Shown: in pieces, positions 1-9,820 of the stretch | Numbering within the stretch: position 1 is the stretch's first letter | Layout: the number at the start of each line of letters is the position of its first letter | From: Octopus sinensis | Taxonomy: Eukaryota | Assembly (NCBI RefSeq): GCF_006345805.1 | Contig: NW_021833570.1 | Location: 1 to 28,505 of the forward strand | Direction: 5' to 3' | Length of the DNA stretch: 28,505 nucleotides | Program-made: the position numbers and the translations under genes | Notes under the pieces: generated by a model | What the model saw: only the letters and a program-made list of their open reading frames with translations | What the model was told of the DNA's origin: nothing | The model's database searches: none

Positions 1-490
1 TGTGTGTATGTATGTGTGTGTGCGTGAGTGTATGTGCGTGTGTGCGTGTGTGTATGACAATATGGGATAGCTGCGCAAGTCCGTCTACGTGTATGTGTGT
101 GTCTGTGTGTGTTTAACAATGTCTATCGCCTCCTACTCTCTCTGTCTCTCTCTCTGTCTCTCTCTGTCTCTCCTCCGTCTCCTCTCTTTAATGTATCTGT
201 CCATCTGTATATATCTATCTGCCTCCCCCCTTCCTCTCTCTCTCCCCCTCTCTCTTTCTCTCTCTGTCTTTCTATTGTATATATTTGTCTATATGTCGAT
301 TGATCTCTTCCACTCCTTTTCGCTCTCTGCCTCTTCCCCTCTTCCCCTCTCTGTCCGTAAGTGTGTGTGTGTATGTATATATATCTATCTATATATATAT
401 ATGTATATATATATATCTATATATGTGTGTGTATATGATAAGCGTATATGTATGTGATGCATGTATGTGTATATTTGTATATATAGACAG
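1..490. repeat. Compound microsatellite block (TG)n, (CT)n, (TA/TG)n
   Basis: Directly visible dinucleotide arrays; they explain the low-complexity ORFs in this interval. Confidence 0.95.
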
Positions 491-859
491 CGGAGAGACA
501 AATCAGGTAAACAGACGTACAGGCAGCCAGGATTGAAGCGAACAGCAAAGGAAAAAGCGTTTAGAACGGACAGGTCCGACAGACAGACAGAGAGATTAGT
601 CGGACTAACACGTTGATAAGCAGAGAGAAAGAGAGAGAGAAGGAAATAGAAAAAGAGAGAGAGAGAGTTAAAGGAAGGAAGCAAGGAAAGGTAACACGGT
701 CATCCTTGCTGGAGCAGAGCAACAACTGTAGTTTGTTTACATCCGAGCAGAAGGCAGAAAAAAAAAACAAGACAGATAGACAGACGGACGGGCGGAAAAA
801 GGCGGAAAAGGCGGACAGACATTTATTTGGTTGTTAAGGGTTTTGCGAGAGATTGTTTA

Positions 860-1084
860 TATACATACACACACACACACACACATTCACACTCACACAT
901 AGAGATTTATACGTACGTACATACATACATACATACATACATACATACATACATACATACATACATACATACATACATACATACATACATGCATGCATAC
1001 ATACATACAAACATATATATACATATATAGAGACAGACAGAGAAAGTGTGTGAGAGAGAGAGAGAAGAAAGACTAGTGATTCAG

Positions 1085-1122
<38 letters not shown>

Positions 1123-1128
1123 ATATGT

Positions 1129-1159
<31 letters not shown>

Positions 1160-1237
1160 AGTTGAAAGGAAGATATATAAATATTACTTGAAATAGCTAA
1201 ATAGACCGAGAGATAGAGATAGATACATAGGCAGACT

Positions 1238-1277
<40 letters not shown>

Positions 1278-1440
1278 AGAGAGAGAGTTACACAGACAGA
1301 CAGTCAGACAGACAGATAGATCAGAGTGTTGGAGAGAGAGGGAGGGAGAAGACGAGAGAGAGGTCTACGAAAAGAGCGTGCGTGCGTGCGTGCGTGCGTG
1401 AGTGCGCGCGCGCATGTGTGTATGTGTGCGTGCGTGCGCG
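860..1440. repeat. Compound microsatellites (CA)n, (TACA)n, (GA)n, (TA)n, (TGCG)n
   Basis: Visible arrays, e.g. (TACA)n ~917-1010, (TA)n ~1086-1120 and ~1244-1274, (TGCG)n ~1378-1400. Confidence 0.95.
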
Positions 1441-1479
1441 AGTTCAGCGTGGCAGGGTGACAGGGTGAGGGAGGGTGAA

Positions 1480-1682
1480 GCAGCAGTAGAAGAGGAGGAG
1501 AGAGAAAAAAAAAGAAAAAGGGAGGAGGAGGAGGAGCTGGAGGTGGAAGAGCGAGAGAAAGAGGAAAGAGGAGAGGCGAAGCAAGAGGCAGAAGAAGAGA
1601 AAGAAGGGAAGAGAGGTGAAGGAGGAGGAGGAGGAGGAAGAGAGGTGAAGGAGGAAGAGGAGGAGGTGGAGGAGGAGGAGGA
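1480..1682 (+). repeat. Polypurine (GGA/GAA/GA) tract in the putative 5' UTR or proximal promoter of the TGF-beta-like gene
   Basis: About 200 bp of almost pure A/G ending ~60 bp before the ATG at 1740. A regulatory role is inference only. Confidence 0.8.
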
Positions 1683-1739
1683 TAAGCCGTGTTTAGCTGA
1701 AACACTGTGTGTTATTTCATAAGTGGCCGGCATCAAGTT

Positions 1740-2745
1740 ATGAAAAGTTGTTACCCTTCCTTCAGTATTGTTCTCATTAGTTCAGTAGCGGCGCTACTGC
1801 TGTCTCGGCCATGTAACTGTCTCCCGCCCAAATACCACCACCACCACCACCACCACCACCATCACCAGCACCAACACCACCCTCAACATCACCACGAACA
1901 CAATCACCAACACCACCACCATCAACATAACCAACACAACCACCAACACCAGCACCAACACCAACACCAACACAACAACAACACTAGCATCATCACCAAC
2001 TCATCTTCATCATCATCATCATTTTCATCATCACCATCGTCGTCATCGTTGACTTCGTTATTCATATCATCGCTGTCATCGTCATCATCATCATCATCAT
2101 CGCCAACATCATCGTTTACATCATCAACTTCATCGTCTTTCTTATCATCATTATCACCACTATCAACATCATCATCATCATCAACAACATCACTAATATC
2201 AGAATCATCATCGTTATCAACATCATCGTTATCTTCAGTTTCATCATCGTTATCTTCGTTGTCGTCGTCACCATCATCATCAACAATAACAACATCAACA
2301 ACATCAACAACAAAGCCAACATCAACATCATCATCATCGCATACATCAGAAAGCAAAATAATACCCCCAACAGACGAGGCGGTAGCAGACAGAAACATCG
2401 CCAGACTAGCGACCAAAATAGATGTCCCACGGCTAACCAATATTGCCGTGCCAGCGGCCTCTGCTTCTTCCATGGAACTACCGGATAAATTAGGACAAGC
2501 TGCTGGCACGGACACCAACAAAGGGCGAGTGGACCCGGCCTTGTTGAAAGCCGTCAAGAACGACCTTCTCAGGAACTTGGGACTACGAAAAGTGCCCGAC
2601 GTCTCGCGGATTAACCAAACTGTGGAGGAGAAGCGAACGAAGATCCGTCTGTTTCGACAGCACCTTATCGCCAAACACACTCTACATGAACATTATGACA
2701 CGGCTGACTATACAAACGACATGTCTCACTCGTTCCACTGCTCAG
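1740..2745 (+). CDS. First coding exon of a secreted TGF-beta superfamily precursor (signal peptide + low-complexity extension + N-terminal prodomain); subfamily not assignable from this exon
   Basis: ATG at 1740 gives MKSCYPSFSIVLISSVAALLLSRPCNC (signal-peptide-like). His/Gln then Ser/Thr tracts follow, then ALLKAVKNDLLRNLGLRKVPDVSRINQT (2538 onward), matching the LxxIKxxILxxLGLxxxP alpha1-helix/latency-lasso motif of TGF-beta prodomains. Coding character stops at CAG|GTGAGT (2745/2746), a phase-1 donor. Confidence 0.8.
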
Positions 2746-2751
2746 GTGAGT
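2746..2751 (+). other. 5' splice donor GTGAGT; start of a long intron
   Basis: CAG|GTGAGT is a near-perfect consensus, and the sequence turns T-rich and non-coding immediately after. Confidence 0.8.
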
Positions 2752-3300
2752 TTTTCTTTCTTTCTATCTACCTTTCTATATACTTATTTGTGTATTCAAT
2801 TATTTGTTTTGCTGACTAAGATACATTTCCGAGTTCGAATCCCGCTTAGAGCAGGCAAATATTATTTTCTTTCTAAATTCACCTGGGAGGAGGATTAGTG
2901 GTGTTGAAGGGGGTATATCTGTAAACTAAAATAGCAGTAATGTTTTGGAGGACGGTGCTCTAAACGACTGTACTTCGTTCTTTAACTGTTGCTTCTTCTT
3001 CTTCTTCTTCTTCTTCCAATCAGAACTCAAGCCATTAGCCACAAAGAATAATCTCTAATTCGAACCTACTCTAAACTACTTAAAATGCGTGTGGCAACTT
3101 GAAGATCCACCCACCACACGCGATAGACTGGCGGTTGCACGGGCGCGAAAGCTACGTTGTTATCCTCATTCCGTAAACGGTGGCTTTTAACGGGTGGAGA
3201 GCTGAACCATCCTGGGGTACAGAGGATTCGCAATTCTAGACTAGGGTCTGAAAGTTTACCACACCATTAGTGGGTTACACCATGGTTCCTCTGTTTTGTG

Positions 3301-3487
3301 ACAGAAGTAGGAAGAAAGAGTGAGAGAAAGTTGTGGTGAAAGAGCACAGTGGGGTTCACCACCACCTCGGAGCTTCGTGGAGCTTAGGTGTTTTTGCCCA
3401 ATAAATACTTACATTGTCTGGGAATCGAAATCGCGTTCTTACGACCGCGAGTCCGCTGCCCTAACCACTGGGCCATTGCGCCTCCAC
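3301..3487 (-). mobile_element. tRNA-derived SINE family A, 5' half
   Basis: Minus strand starts GTGGAGGCGCAATGGCCCAGTGG (A box) ... GATTTCGATTCCC (B box-like); homologous to 21821-22204 and 12059-12371. Confidence 0.85.
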
Positions 3488-3540
3488 TTAACTGTTGCTG
3501 TCTTCTGTTAGTGTCAAAAATAATTGTTATTGTTTGTTAG

Positions 3541-3670
3541 GGTGATGAGCTGGCAGAATCGTTAGAGCGTCGGATAAAACACCGTGCAGTATTTTGTTTA
3601 CGGCACTTCAGGTTTCGAGTTCAAATACCATCAAGGTAAACTTTGTCTCTTCTCGATACTTTAATCGACC
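3541..3670 (+). mobile_element. SINE family D, degraded 5' part
   Basis: GAGCTGGCAGAATCGTTAG ... GAGTTCAAAT; homologous to 7188-7421. Confidence 0.7.
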
Positions 3671-3671
3671 A

Positions 3672-3850
3672 GGCGCGGACGTGGCTGTGTGGTAAGAAGC
3701 TTGTTTCCCAACCACATGGTTTCAGGTTCAATCCCACAGTGTGGCGTTTGGGCAAGTGTCTTCTACTATAATTTCGGACCGACCAAAACCTTGAGAGTGA
3801 ATTTGGTAGACAGAAACTGAAAAGAAGCCTGCCGTATATATATATATGTA
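3672..3850 (+). mobile_element. SINE family C (CORE-like), 5' half
   Basis: GTGGCTGTGTGGTAAG ... TTGGGCAAGTGTCTTCTACTATA; homologous to 19070-19510. Confidence 0.8.
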
Positions 3851-3898
3851 TGTATGTAAACACATACACACATATATGTATATACATGCTTATACATA

Positions 3899-4353
3899 GG
3901 CACAGACATGGGTGTGTTGTAAGTAGCTTGCTTCCCAACCACATGGTTCTAGGTTCAGTCCCATTGTGTGGCACCTTAGGCAAGTGTCTCCTACTATAGT
4001 CTCAGGCCGACCAAAGCCTTGTGAGTGGATTTGGTAGACGGAAACTGTAAAGAATCCCGTCGTATATATCTATGTATATGTCTATGCGTTTGTGTGTCTC
4101 TCTTTGTGTGTGTGTGTGTGTGTGTGTGTCTGTTTGGCTCTCCACTACTGCTTGACAACTGGTGCTGGTGTTGTGCTTTCATTCACGTAACTTAGCGGCT
4201 CAGCAAAATCGAACGATAAAATAAGTAATAAGCTAAAAAAAAAAAAAAAAAAAGAAAAGCCTTGGGGTCGATTTGTTGGACTAGACTCCAAGGCAGTGCC
4301 CCAGCATGGCCGCAATCAAATGACAGAAACAAATAGAAGAATAAAAGAATAAC
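3899..4353 (+). mobile_element. SINE family C, full length, internal (TA)/(TG)n
   Basis: Colinear with 19070-19510 and 22405-22822 through to the tail CAGCATGGCCGCAATCAAATGACAGAAAC. Confidence 0.85.
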
Positions 4354-4419
4354 ATTCTCTTCCAAACTTGAATCTCTACTAAAAACAATTGTTGCTGTTG
4401 TTGTTGTTATGATGATTAG

Positions 4420-4620
4420 ATTGGCTGAATCGTTAGCGTGATGGATAAAATGCTTAGTGGCATCCAGCTGTTTAAGGATCTGGGTTCAAATCCCGCCGGG
4501 GGTCACCTTTACCTTTTACTCTTCTGCAGCGACAAAATAAGTACCAGTCGTATACAGGGGGTCGATGTAATCGACTTAGCCCCTTCCCACTGTTGCTGGC
4601 CTTGTATCAAAATTAGAAAG
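4420..4620 (+). mobile_element. SINE family D, diverged
   Basis: GGGTTCAAATCCCGCC ... AATAAGTACCAGT ... GGGGTCGATGTAATCGACTT. Confidence 0.75.
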
Positions 4621-4784
4621 TGTTATCATTAATGTCCACATGTTCATTCTCATTTTTGCCCTATGATTAAGATGTTCCAGCCATGACCATCCCGCCTTAT
4701 ATTCAGACATAGTGTATGCAGAGACTAGTATAGTCGTTTTGTTGTTCTTGTTGTAGCGTTGATTTTTTTTGTGCTTTTGTTAAT

Positions 4785-5005
4785 GATGTTGTTTAGCCCT
4801 AGGCCTGATTTGATCGAACAGATGTATGATCAAAGGGGTTCTAGATGTTAGTGACCATCCCGTCTACTATCCTAAGACGGTGTATTTAGGATGATATTAT
4901 CTAATGTATAGAATAGTTATCGATGTTGTTGTTCAGCCCTAGGTCAGACCTAACTGAGTCGACCTCCTATGATCAAAACTGTTCGAGATATGATCATGCT
5001 ATCTT
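4785..5005 (-). mobile_element. Two adjacent fragments of interspersed repeat family E ((AAC)n-tailed retroposon 3' end)
   Basis: (GTT)n-TAGCCCTAGG ... TATGATCAAA ... GACCATCC occurs twice and also recurs near 9395, 9590-9820 (reverse) and 18200. Confidence 0.6.
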
Positions 5006-5659
5006 TTTTTTGTCTGTCATCAAACAGTCTTTAAAAATGCAAGGACACATTAAATAGTGTAATCCTAGATACACTATGCATCTGATAAACCAAAGAAGAA
5101 ACATACAATAACTCTAAAGTACCAGTCATATACTCGGGGCACTTTTAAGAATTAAAATACCTATTTTGTGAGTTCGTAGTTTTGTTGTCAGTGTAAAAAA
5201 AATGCCAAGAAGTATCTTAGTGTCTAAGACGGTGTACTCAGCCGTTGACAGTTTGGGAGTATCATGGTGACATGAGACAAAGTTTTGTGGTTGTAGCAGG
5301 ATTCGAACCAACCATCGGCCTCTCTCAAGTCTTCTGTATGTTGCCCTGTCCATTCGGCCACCGATGTTCCCATTTTCCGATATGTGTACACACATTCTAT
5401 CCTATTCGAATCCATCATTGTGGATCCAGAGATGTATGAAAGCCTCAACATACCACTTGGCATTAGACTTATACCCTCGCCCCGTATAACAGCACCACCT
5501 GATGAGCCTTGGGTGCCTTTAGCAGATTCCACTCTGTTGCAAACACTTGTTAACCACAGTATATAACTGGTACAGATTTGTGTTAGGGCGAGGGAGAGAG
5601 AGAGAGGAAAACAGTAAGATGTGCTTAATACGAAAGAAACAGGTGAGCATTTGTGTCGA

Positions 5660-5765
5660 GCAGGTATGGCTTTGCAACCACGTGGTTCTGCGTTCAATCC
5701 CACTGCGCGGTTCATTGGGCAGATGTCTTCTACTTTAGCTCCGGGTTGACCAATGCCTTGTGTTG
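5660..5765 (+). mobile_element. SINE family C, degraded 5' fragment
   Basis: CAACCACGTGGTTC ... TTGGGCAGATGTCTTCTACT ... ACCAATGCCTTGTG. Confidence 0.65.
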
Positions 5766-6259
5766 AAGATGTCTCTTTATTTGGGGATACTTTCCTCTCT
5801 CGCCCCTCTTTCCAGTACTTCTTCCCTCGGAAGCCCTCCGTCTATCCTTCCCTCCATAGGAAACACGAAAAACCTCAAGGACATCATCCTTTCCTTCTGA
5901 CTGTGTGACAAAAGAAAAAAAAAACAAAACAAAGTGATGTTCGTTTGATTACTCCACCACGCTGATTAATTGCGTGCGGATAGGGTGGTGTTTCTGTGTC
6001 GAGAAATTAACCCTGGCATATTGGTACCTGGGCGGAATTCGAACCCAGGATACAAAGAGTCGCAACAGATGAATAAAGCAAGCCATCCTGCCTGACCCTC
6101 AATTATTTTTGTTAACCCACCGATCTTAGCTGTGTTTTCTGTATCGACCTCGGAGTGATAAAAGGCGAAGTTGAGGTCGGTTGGGGTCGAACTCGGAGCT
6201 CAAAGAAGCGGAACGAATAGCACACACCTGTTTATTTATAATATTTGTTTAGTCTTTTT

Positions 6260-6715
6260 TTTTTACTTGTTCCAGTCAGTCATTGGAATACGGCCATACT
6301 GGAGCACTGTCTTGAAGGGTTATTGTTGAACACATCGGTACACAGTACCAGGTCTGGTACTTATTCTGTCGAACACTTTTTGCGCTGCTTGTCAAGTAGT
6401 TGTGGTGGGGGAGACAAACACACACATACAGACACACACACACACACACACACACATACACAAACACACACACAAACACAAACACACAAACACACATACA
6501 CACACGCACGCACGCACACACATACACACACAAACACAAACACACAAACACAAGCGCACGACAGGCTTCCACACATTTTCCATCTATCGAATCACTCACA
6601 AGGCATTGGTAAGTCCGAAACCAAAGTTGAAGTCACTTGCCCAAGGTGCCGCATAATGGCAGCGAACCTGAAACCGTGTTGTCAAGCAAACCCCCTTAAC
6701 CACCCCACCATACCT
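6260..6715 (-). mobile_element. SINE family C, diverged, with expanded internal (CA)n
   Basis: Reverse-complement similarity to 19070-19510 (CACTTGCCCAAGGTGCC, CTCACAAGGC, CATACTGGAGCAC). Confidence 0.8.
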
Positions 6716-7187
6716 GACCGACGGAACAAACATCCTCGCTGGTTTTCTCTTCTACAAACTTTACTGTGTTGTCTTCCCCTCCACCTCTTTATCCCATACA
6801 AAACCCTGTACCAGTCATATGCTGGGGGAGGTGGATTTAATGCTCTCATATTTTTGCCTCCTTTCTATCTCGCGGCCCTGACCTAACCCCTTCAACGTCC
6901 CTGGTACAACTGTTACATCTTATAGTTCAGTACCATTCCTCCTGCTATTGGACAAAGCCACCCTATTTAAACCCTCTCCACATCTATTAAAGCCGCCACC
7001 TTCCTTCCACCCCCACCACCCCCATTTCGGCCACCACCCTTATTAAAGTATCGTATCTGTTAGAACACCCCCAACATCTTGTTGGAACCTCATCCCTATA
7101 AGGGAACAACAATTATCCTTTAGACCAACGCCACCGCCACCGCAACCGCCACAACTATCACCAACATCGCTACCATAACCATCTGCA

Positions 7188-7421
7188 ATGGCGGTGAGCT
7201 GGCAGAAACGTTAGCACGCCGGGCGAAATGCGTAGCCATATTTCGTCTGCCGTTACGTTCTGAGTTCAAATTCCGCCGAGGTCGACTTTGCATTTCATCC
7301 TTTCGGGGTCGATAAATTAAGTACCAGTTACGCACTGGGGTCGATATAATCGACTTAATCCGTTTGTCTGTCCTTGTTTGTCCTCTCTGTGTTTAGCCCC
7401 TTGTGGATAGTAAAGAAATGG
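7188..7421 (+). mobile_element. SINE family D, full length, with 16-bp TSD
   Basis: GGCGGTGAGCTGGCAGAAACG ... GAGTTCAAATTCC ... TAAAGAAAT, flanked by ACCATAACCATCT(G/A)CA at 7172-7187 and 7422-7437. Confidence 0.9.
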
Positions 7422-7701
7422 ACCATAACCATCTACATCGTCATCGCTGCTATCGCCGCCTCCACCACCACCACCACCACCATCACCACCACCACCACTG
7501 CCATCATATTTTCTTTATCAATCATTGTCGATTTTAGATTCTCTCCATTTTCCAAGACTTTTTCCCTGGAATTTCCCAGACATTCCATTCGTTGTTGTTG
7601 TCCCAGAGAAGGTAGAGCGCCGTGCTCTACCTTCCATACTTTACACTAATCTGCTGAGTTTAAAATTCGCTTGAGGTTGTTGTTGCTGCTATTGTTAAAG
7701 T

Positions 7702-7989
7702 GTGAAGACGCGTGGCTGAGTGGTTAGGGTATCCGGCTCACGATCGTAATGTTGTGAGTTCAATTCCTGGCGGCGCGTTGCGTCCTTGAGCAAGACACTT
7801 TATCACACGTTGCTCCAGTTCATTCAGCTGGCAAAAATGAGTTGTACCTGTAATTCAATGGGTCTACCTTGTCCAATTCTGTGTAACGCAGAATCTCACT
7901 GAGAACTACGTTAAGGGTAAGCGTGTCTGTGGAGTACTCAGCCACTTGCATATTAACTTCACGAGCAAACTGGAACCCTCATTGTCGCC
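7702..7989 (+). mobile_element. tRNA/CORE-like SINE (head B) with 3' tail X
   Basis: A box GTGGCTGAGTGG, GAGTTCAATTCC and CORE-like GTCCTTGAGCAAGACACTT, then GAGAACTACGTTAAGGGT ... CTCAGCCACTTGCA shared with 21821-22000. Confidence 0.8.
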
Positions 7990-8002
7990 AGTTTTGTTAA
8001 AG

Positions 8003-8097
8003 TAGTCGATTGGCAGAGTCGCTAGAGCATCGGATCGGTCGTTTAGCGATAATCGTTCTGACTTTGGATGCTCCGAGTTCAAATCCCACTTCGGTCA
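8003..8097 (+). mobile_element. SINE family D, 5' part; its continuation lies at ~8953-8990 after an insertion
   Basis: TTGGCAGAGTCGCTAG ... GAGTTCAAATCCCACTTCGGTCA | resumes as GCTTTGCTTTTCATTCTTTTCGAGTCGAT (family D: CTTTGCCTTTCATCCTTTCGGGGTCGAT). Confidence 0.75.
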
Positions 8098-8178
8098 CAC
8101 ATTTCTATATTTAAGAGATGGGGAATTATTTACATTATTTACATTTGACGGATATTTGTCCTCATCTTGTTTGTTGTT

Positions 8179-8224
8179 AACATAACGTTTCGGCCGATAT
8201 ACCCTCCAGCCTTCATCAGGTGTC
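8179..8224 (-). ncRNA. Minimal type I hammerhead ribozyme motif (Penelope-like architecture)
   Basis: Minus strand GACAC-CTGATGA-A-GGCTG-gagggtatat-CGGCC-GAAA-CGTT-ATGTT: CUGANGA and GAAA cores, 5-bp stem II, palindromic AACGTT stem III, putative GUU cleavage triplet, stem I with one A-C mismatch. Confidence 0.7.
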
Positions 8225-8277
8225 TTGGGGAAAATTCGAACCTGGGTTCTCATTCCTAAGTTATTTTTCGATGTCAT

Positions 8278-8820
8278 TCTTCTTCTTCTTCTCTTCTTCT
8301 TCTTCTTCTCTTCTTCTTCTTCTTCTTCTTCTTCTTCTTCTTCTTCTTCTTCTTCTTCTTCTTCTTGAGTGAGAGAGCAGTGCATGTCATCAAAGTGACA
8401 GTGGGGTAAAATATACGAAGCCCAGTATACCCATCATGACTACCCGTCTGATAAGGGTACACCAGGCGCATCACAACCATATGTGCGCGACATGGTGATC
8501 TCATATCAAGATAAACAGCGCATGACTTTGCAGGTGGGGCCCAGTTAGAATTTTCTTCAGGTCGAGTAGCCCATCCCACTTAAAAGGTCCCTGAATAAGG
8601 ATTGTTTAAGGATGTTGAACGAACTACCCACGTTTCCAAAGGTGAATAATCCAAACCTCCAAGAATTCCTTTCAACACACGGCTATGATGCTCCCACACT
8701 ACTTCTGCTCGTGGTTAGAGATGCCTATATCGTCAGCCACTAAGGGACATGGTTAACTGGTTATGGTCAAACAACTGACAAGCAAATCTGTGGTATTGAG
8801 CAGAATATTTGCTGTAGCCC
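8278..8820 (-). mobile_element. Nested retroposon 3' fragment (~450 bp non-coding body + (AAG)n tail)
   Basis: Complex-sequence block 8367-8820 ends on the minus strand in a ~90-bp (AAG)n tail and sits inside the microsatellite linker of the element above. I recall it as an abundant octopus repeat but have not verified this. Confidence 0.55.
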
Positions 8821-8852
<32 letters not shown>

Positions 8853-9589
8853 TATTATTATTATTATTATTATTCAGCCTGGAGTCGAACTCGGAATCTT
8901 GGGGTTAGTTGCCCGCGCTCTTAACCACTACGCCATATGTCCACTTTGGTCAGCTTTGCTTTTCATTCTTTTCGAGTCGATCAAAGAAAGCAGCGTTCGT
9001 GTATTGGCGGGTTAATTCCCCCTCTCTCTCTTTCTCTCTCTGTCTCTGCCTGTCTATCTGTCTGTCTGTCTCACTATCTGTCTGTCTGTCTGTCTCTCTC
9101 TTTCTCTCCCTCTCGAACAAACCACGGAGATGGATTCTACCAAGTCTAAAAATACTCAAGACGCGCCGTATGTCAGGACAGTGCAACTTTGAACGATGTT
9201 GCCGTTGTCTTTGGTGGTGGTGGTGGTGGTGGTGGTGGTGATGGGGACGGTCTTGTTGTTGGTGGTGTTGTCAGTGATGGTTGTGGTGACGGTGGTAGTG
9301 TTGTCATTGGTGGTGGTATTCTGATTGTTGTTGGTGGTGGTCGTGGCATTGTCGCTATCGTCATACTGCTGCTGTTCTTGCTGTTGTTGTTGCTTAACCC
9401 CAGGTCAATCCTAGTCGAGAAGACAGACTTATGATCAATGTTATTCTGGCCGTGACCATCCCGTCACTTTACCAGTATTTACGACTATGTTGATATGTTT
9501 TGGTTTTCCTTTTCAAGAGAGCAGTGTGTGTGGTTTGGGGGAGATTCAACTGTTACTTCTAGCAGATCGAAAACAGACAGAGCACCGCC

Positions 9590-9820
9590 GGTCCTCCTCG
9601 CTAGACATAGCAGCCAAATCTGCCTCAATTGAAACCATAACATCTTGAATTTGAAAAAAAAAGGACACTAAATAATGCCGTCCTAGACGAGGTGGTCATG
9701 GCTAGAATGGCTAGATCTGTAATTACGGTCATGGCTAGATCTGTAATCACGGCAGCGTGAATGCTCAATCAGAGCTGATCTGGGGCTAACAACAACAACA
9801 ACAACAACAACAACTACAAC
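9590..9820 (+). mobile_element. Repeat family E copy ending in (AAC)n tail
   Basis: CTAGACATAGCAGCCAAAT ... GGTCATGGCTAG ... GATCTGGGGCTAACAACAAC; contains a 24-bp tandem duplication (9707-9754). Confidence 0.6.

Larger units (their letters stand above)
8098..8940 (-). mobile_element. tRNA-headed SINE-like element containing a hammerhead ribozyme motif, interrupted by a nested insertion
   Basis: Minus strand: A box TGGCGTAGTGG (8935-8925), B box GAGTTCGACTCC (8892-8881), (AAT)n, nested insert, then a body with the hammerhead core. The unit is flanked by CCACTT(C/T)GGTCA at 8086-8097 and 8941-8952. Confidence 0.75.

Noticed and set aside
1707-1739. Upstream GTG start of the 370-aa ORF in the track
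   Set aside because: Eukaryotic context; ATG 1740 directly precedes the signal peptide.
1922-2680. 252-aa Asp-rich antisense ORF
   Set aside because: GTG start; shadow of the sense (TCA/CAT)n coding repeats, with no independent domain.
2746-2819. C-terminal [23 protein letters not shown] of the 370-aa ORF
   Set aside because: Read-through into the intron beyond the GTGAGT donor.
2993-3260. Possible (AAG)n-tailed retroelement 3' fragment on the minus strand
   Set aside because: Only the (CTT)n and CpG-rich flank suggest it; there is no second copy or coding motif in the window to support a call.
5508-5540. CTGATGA as a possible hammerhead core on the plus strand
   Set aside because: No stem II closed by GAAA follows.
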